Below, piece after piece: positions 7,140-10,846 of a stretch of DNA of 10,846 nt. The translations under genes were made by a program, and so were the position numbers. The notes under the pieces were generated by a model. That model had not been told where the DNA came from. It made no database searches and was given only the letters and a program-made list of their open reading frames with translations. The DNA is from an uncultured Spirochaetota bacterium (GTDB taxonomy: Bacteria; Spirochaetota; Spirochaetia; SZUA-6; Fen-1364), in assembly GCA_963745235.1 (NCBI GenBank), contig CAVUXE010000094.1:1-10846 (forward strand), read 5' to 3'. Within the stretch, counting starts at the first letter, position 1. Each line of letters begins with the position of its first letter.

Positions 7140-7823
7140 CTAAGCTCGATGCAGTTCCTCCCGCGGGATCGCGACAACTCGGAGCGGGCTCGCCTCAAGC
7201 CCCTGGATCGGAAGGGGCAGGATGAAGACAATCCAATCCCCGGCCGCGACCTGCTCGAGATTCGTGAGGGACTCGATCATTGGGATGCCGGCGTTCATTA
7301 TAGCTTGGTGATTGGGCTGATAGTCGGTACCCGGTACTTCCAGGCCACCGGCATCAGTGCCAAGGCAAGCGATCTTCATGTCCACCAGCCACTGGTTGGC
7401 CTCGATAGTGAGGTAAGGTTGACCGTTCCAGCGCTCCGTCCGATAGAGTTTGTCCATCCCGGTCCAGAAGAAGACGATGTCGCCGCTGTGGATCTTCTTC
7501 TTGTGGGGCATCATTTCCGAAAGGCTGATCGACTCTCCCGGCTTCTTGTGCCGGAAATCCAGGAGGACGAGGGGCCCGATGAGCTGTCGGAAGGGGAAGT
7601 CAGCGACGTCCGCGCCGTCCATCTTGTGATGAAAAGGGACTTCGATGTGAGTCCCTACGTGCGTACAGTAGGTTACTTCACCTAGCATGTACCAGACATC
7701 GGGGCGATGCTTCACCTCTGGGAGCACGGTTGTCACGTCTACAACCTTGGTTTCCAGCTTGAAGTGCTCCTGGCCCGCTATGATCCTGTGGCTCAGGTCG
7801 ACGATCCTGTCTTTTTTCATCAT
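7140..7823 (-). CDS. Cyclase-family (kynurenine formamidase/KynB-like) metal-dependent hydrolase
   Basis: IVDLSH start, HVGTHIEVPFH variant of HxGTHxDxPxH, GTD, H..IM.AGIPMIESLTNL and LPLPIQGLEASPLR. Start taken as ATG 7823 after AAGGGGG. Confidence 0.92.
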   Translation of the reverse strand: MMKKDRIVDLSHRIIAGQEHFKLETKVVDVTTVLPEVKHRPDVWYMLGEVTYCTHVGTHIEVPFHHKMDGADVADFPFRQLIGPLVLLDFRHKKPGESISLSEMMPHKKKIHSGDIVFFWTGMDKLYRTERWNGQPYLTIEANQWLVDMKIACLGTDAGGLEVPGTDYQPNHQAIMNAGIPMIESLTNLEQVAAGDWIVFILPLPIQGLEASPLRVVAIPREELHRA

Positions 7824-7905
7824 GCGATTTAGCCCCCTTTGACCGTCGGTGTGGAAATGGCCTATCAAAAAAAGCTAATCGTTTTATGAAGGGGAGGAAT
7901 TGGAA

Positions 7906-7943
7906 TGTCAAGGGTGTTGACACTATTTCTGAAATAAAGTTTC
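7906..7943. promoter_or_regulatory. Divergent control region between the cyclase and rpiR genes with several dyads
   Basis: TGTCAA-gggtg-TTGACA (7906-7922), TATTTC-t-GAAATA (7924-7936) and GAAA-taaag-TTTC (7931-7943) in an AT-rich intergenic stretch. -10 elements are not clearly placed. Confidence 0.5.
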
Positions 7944-7960
7944 TCTTCTATGAGTATCAA

Positions 7961-7973
7961 AGGGAAATATATC
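7961..7973 (+). promoter_or_regulatory. Candidate operator AGGGAAATATATC (possible autoregulatory site)
   Basis: Identical to 1530-1542; about 20 nt upstream of the rpiR start codon. Confidence 0.5.
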
Positions 7974-7992
7974 ATCCAACCATGAGGTATAT

Positions 7993-8844
7993 ATGCCGGG
8001 AGTTCTTGTGAAGATCCGTTCGATGTATACGTCTCTGCCAAACTCGGAAAAGAAGATAGCCGACTATATTCTAGCAAATGCGGAGAGTGCCCCCTACAGT
8101 TCTGTCCATGAGCAGGCCAGGGGCGCGGCTGTGAGCGTGGCCTCGGTGAGCCGTTTCGTTCGCCGGCTGGGTTTCACGGATTTCAAAGAGTTCAGGCTAG
8201 AGCTTGCCCGGGAAACGGTGGGCATCGTGGAGAACCTATTCCAAGCCATCAGCCTTGGGGACTCCGACGGGGAGCTGGCACGAAAGATTTTCTTGGGCAA
8301 CATAAAGAGCCTCGAGGACACCCTAACGCTGATAGACTCCTCCAATCTGACCGCCGCAGCAAAGGCCATCTGCCGCTGCGGTCGGCTTGTCCTCTTCGGT
8401 ATTGGCGGGTCGGCATATGTAGCGCACGACGCTGCCCTCCGTTTCGGTTACCTTGACGTCCAGGCAGAGGCATATGAAACAGAACTGCAAGTCCTCCTGC
8501 AGGCCATGCGGATCCGACCACGGGACGTGGCGATTGGCATCTCGCATTCAGGGCGGTCTTCCACTACGGTGGAGGCCCTGAGGATCGCCTGCACAAAAGG
8601 GGCGGTCACAGTAGGGATCTCCAACTATCCGCGCTCCCCCCTGAAGGAAGTAAGTACAATTTTCTTCTGCACCTCCTTCCCCGAGAGCGGGGTGAAAGCC
8701 GCCGCGCTCTCCTCTCGAATAGCGCAACTGTGCCTTGTTGACTCGCTGTACATCCTTACAGCGCGGCGTAAGGCAAAGCTGTGGGACGTTGGGAAGGTGA
8801 ATGCCCTCACGGAAAAGATGCTTCGGCTCAAAGCCAAGAAATAA
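7993..8844 (+). CDS. RpiR/MurR-family transcriptional regulator (HTH + SIS sugar-phosphate-binding domain)
   Basis: GAGG RBS; SEKKIADYIL...VSVASVSRF.RRLGF.DFKEF HTH, then SIS motifs FGIGGS, ISHSG and SSRIAQL..VD.LY; 283 aa. Confidence 0.95.
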   Translation: MPGVLVKIRSMYTSLPNSEKKIADYILANAESAPYSSVHEQARGAAVSVASVSRFVRRLGFTDFKEFRLELARETVGIVENLFQAISLGDSDGELARKIFLGNIKSLEDTLTLIDSSNLTAAAKAICRCGRLVLFGIGGSAYVAHDAALRFGYLDVQAEAYETELQVLLQAMRIRPRDVAIGISHSGRSSTTVEALRIACTKGAVTVGISNYPRSPLKEVSTIFFCTSFPESGVKAAALSSRIAQLCLVDSLYILTARRKAKLWDVGKVNALTEKMLRLKAKK

Positions 8845-8865
8845 ACGGTCGCTTCACGGGAGACG

Positions 8866-9053
8866 ATGGATGGGCTCGACCTGAATAGGCATATGGTGAC
8901 CATCTATTTCAAGGGTACTCCCTGATCCAGGCCGCGTGCCATCGGGTCCTCCACGGAACGTTGGAGAAGGTAGAAACGGACACCGCTCAAGATATGGCAA
9001 TCGGGGATTCCGAGACGGGGATCGAGGCCGCGCTAAAGGCCGGAATGCAGGCC
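8866..9053 (+). pseudogene. Fragmentary HAD-superfamily phosphatase/phosphomutase (C-terminal motifs)
   Basis: The frame containing TTG 8961 reads VLHGTLEKVETDTAQDMAIGDSETGIEAALKAGMQA (HAD motif IV, GDS..GI.AA..AGM). KG (8911) and PDP (8921) of a KPDP-like motif lie in two other frames. No N-terminal DxD motif is present. Confidence 0.72.
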
Positions 9054-9093
9054 CCGCGATTTTTTGCGAATGTCGACGGTGAGGAAATAGTTC

Positions 9094-9121
9094 TTGACAA
9101 TACTCTGTAACTATGTAACAT
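9094..9121 (+). promoter_or_regulatory. Sigma70-type promoter of the E1 alpha/beta operon
   Basis: TTGACA (9094-9099), 16-nt spacer, TAACAT (9116-9121); same layout as 1487-1514. Confidence 0.7.
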
Positions 9122-9187
9122 ACGGGAATATCAAGAGTGCAAATTAATTTCACGTCAAAATATTGTTTCACCAAAGGGGGTGTGCGC

Positions 9188-10165
9188 ATGGAGTTCAAGC
9201 AATGCGACCTCGTGAAGCTCTACAGGAAGATGCTCGAGTTACGGGCAGTGGACGACCGTCTCGTTCCCTTGAAGCTCAAGGACCTTGTGATGGATGGATT
9301 CCATCCCTACGTGGGCGAGGAAGCCGTGGCTGTCGGTGTGTGCTCCAACTTACGCAAGGACGACTATGTCGTATCCACGCACCGTCCGCAGGGCCACGCC
9401 CTTGCCAAAGGAGCATCCATGGAGGCCATTTTTTGTGAAATGCTGGGGCGGGTGGGTGGACCCAGCAAGGGGCTGGGCGGTCCGATGCAGTGGGTGGATG
9501 CCAGCAACAACTTCTTCTGCGGCTCCATCGTGGGAAGCGGCGTCAGCTACGCCACTGGATTTGCCCTCGCGGTCAAGCGGGAGGGAAAAGGAAGGATCGT
9601 GGTCTGCTTTTTTGGGGACGGGGCATCCAATACCGGTTCATTTCATGAGGGAATGAACCTCGCTGCTATCTGGCACTTGCCTGTTCTGTTCTTGTGCGAG
9701 AACAACCAGTACGGCGAGGCTATGCCGGTGAAGGAGTTCGTGTCCGCCGCAAAGGTAAGCGATCGCGCAGCCGCCTACGGCCTGAAAGGCATAACCGTGG
9801 ACGGCATGGACGTGAAGCAGGTGGCTCTCGCCGCCGCAGAGGCCGTGGAGGGCTTGCGTAAGGGCAACGGGCCTGTATTCATCGAAGCGGTCACATATCG
9901 CTACCGCAGCCACTATATCGGAGACCCGGACAACTATCGCACTAAAGAGGAGATCGAGGAGTGGCGGAAAAAGGACGCCATTGACCGACTTCGAGAGGAG
10001 CTCCTGTCCTCTTGGAAAACGAAAGCTTCCGAGCTAAAGGCCATTGAAGTCGAGGTAGCAAACCTCGCCGATGAGGCAGAGCGGAAGGCACTGGCTCAGA
10101 CGAAACCGACCCTAGAATACGCCGTGTCTAACGTGCTGGTATCTGTTGCAGGTAAGGATGCATGA
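9188..10165 (+). CDS. ThDP-dependent dehydrogenase E1 component alpha subunit (AcoA/PdhA-like)
   Basis: GEEAVAVG, STHR, ThDP motif GDGASNTG...ENNQY, VDGMDV, GPVFIEA.TYR and YRTKEEIEEW. Start ATG 9188 after AAGGGGG. Confidence 0.94.
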   Translation: MEFKQCDLVKLYRKMLELRAVDDRLVPLKLKDLVMDGFHPYVGEEAVAVGVCSNLRKDDYVVSTHRPQGHALAKGASMEAIFCEMLGRVGGPSKGLGGPMQWVDASNNFFCGSIVGSGVSYATGFALAVKREGKGRIVVCFFGDGASNTGSFHEGMNLAAIWHLPVLFLCENNQYGEAMPVKEFVSAAKVSDRAAAYGLKGITVDGMDVKQVALAAAEAVEGLRKGNGPVFIEAVTYRYRSHYIGDPDNYRTKEEIEEWRKKDAIDRLREELLSSWKTKASELKAIEVEVANLADEAERKALAQTKPTLEYAVSNVLVSVAGKDA

Positions 10166-10166
10166 A

Positions 10167-10846
10167 ATGGCAGAACGACAATTAATGTACGTGGAAGCTA
10201 TCCAGGAAGCCATCGACGAGGAGATGAGCCGTGACCCTTCCGTATACGTGATCGGTGAGGACGTGGCCGTTTGGGGCAACCTCTACGGGTGCACCAAAGG
10301 GGCTGCTGCAGAAATACGGCCGGGAGCGCGTGCGTGACACCCCCATTTCGGAAGCGGCGCTCATGGGCTGCGCCGCGGGTAGCGCTGCGGCGGGCATGCG
10401 CCCGGTGGCCGAGATCATGTATATAGATTTTATCTCCATCGCTATGGACCAAATCGTCAACCATGCGGCCCGATGGCACCAGCTGTCCGGCGGCGTATTG
10501 AAGGTGCCACTCGTTGTCCGCACCCAAGGCGGCGTCGGGCTGCGCAACTCCTCCCAGCACTCCCAGAGCCTTGAGAACTGGTTCGTGAACGTTCCGGGGG
10601 TCGTGGTAGTGATGCCATCCACCCCGTACGATGTGAAGGGGCTGCTCAAGGCATCCATCAGGGACGAGAACCCTGTGATCTTCATCGAGCACAAGGCGCT
10701 CTATCGCACCAAAGGCAGCGTTCCGAAGGAAGATTATGTAATTCCCATCGGCGTCGCGGATGTGAAGCGCCAAGGCACGGACCTCACGATCGTAGCAAAC
10801 TCTTGGATGGTACAACATGCACTGGCGGCCGCCGAAGAACTCTCAC
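10167..10846 (+). CDS. ThDP-dependent dehydrogenase E1 component beta subunit (AcoB/PdhB-like); +1 frameshift at about 10296-10302; truncated by window end
   Basis: EAI.EAIDEEM.RDP.V.VIGEDV; after removing one base from AAAGGGG it continues [20 protein letters not shown]...[11 protein letters not shown]...AMDQIVN...QHSQ...[17 protein letters not shown] overlaps the end of the alpha gene. Confidence 0.9.

Noticed and set aside
7149-7685. 178-aa plus-strand ORF
   Set aside because: Antisense shadow of the cyclase gene.
9188-10846. Assigning pdhA/pdhB or acoA/acoB symbols (and rbs/fba symbols elsewhere in the window)
   Set aside because: Family membership is clear, but orthology and substrate are not supported given the motif deviations.
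1-10846. CRISPR array, tRNA/rRNA, transposase, integron attC or defence system
   Set aside because: No periodic repeats, RNA-gene structure or relevant protein motifs were seen.

Overview
A bacterial carbohydrate-catabolism locus. Left to right it holds a divergent class II aldolase (-), a decayed N-terminal copy of an RpiR-family regulator (-), and a monosaccharide (RbsB/RbsC/RbsC/RbsA-type) ABC operon (+) whose second permease has a 1-nt frameshift. Next come a 110-aa hypothetical ORF (-), a possible amino-acid-permease remnant (-), a cyclase/KynB-family metal hydrolase (-) and an intact RpiR-family regulator (+). These are followed by a HAD-phosphatase remnant missed by the ORF track (+) and a ThDP-dependent dehydrogenase E1 alpha/beta pair (+), with beta frameshifted by 1 nt and running off the window. 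The best lead is that all three enzymes carry atypical active-site motifs, while the ABC and E1 promoters share an architecture and candidate operators. Together these suggest one RpiR-controlled pathway for an unidentified sugar or sugar derivative. The substrate cannot be determined from sequence alone. No rRNA, tRNA, CRISPR array or intact mobile element was seen. All alignments were done by eye, with no database searches.
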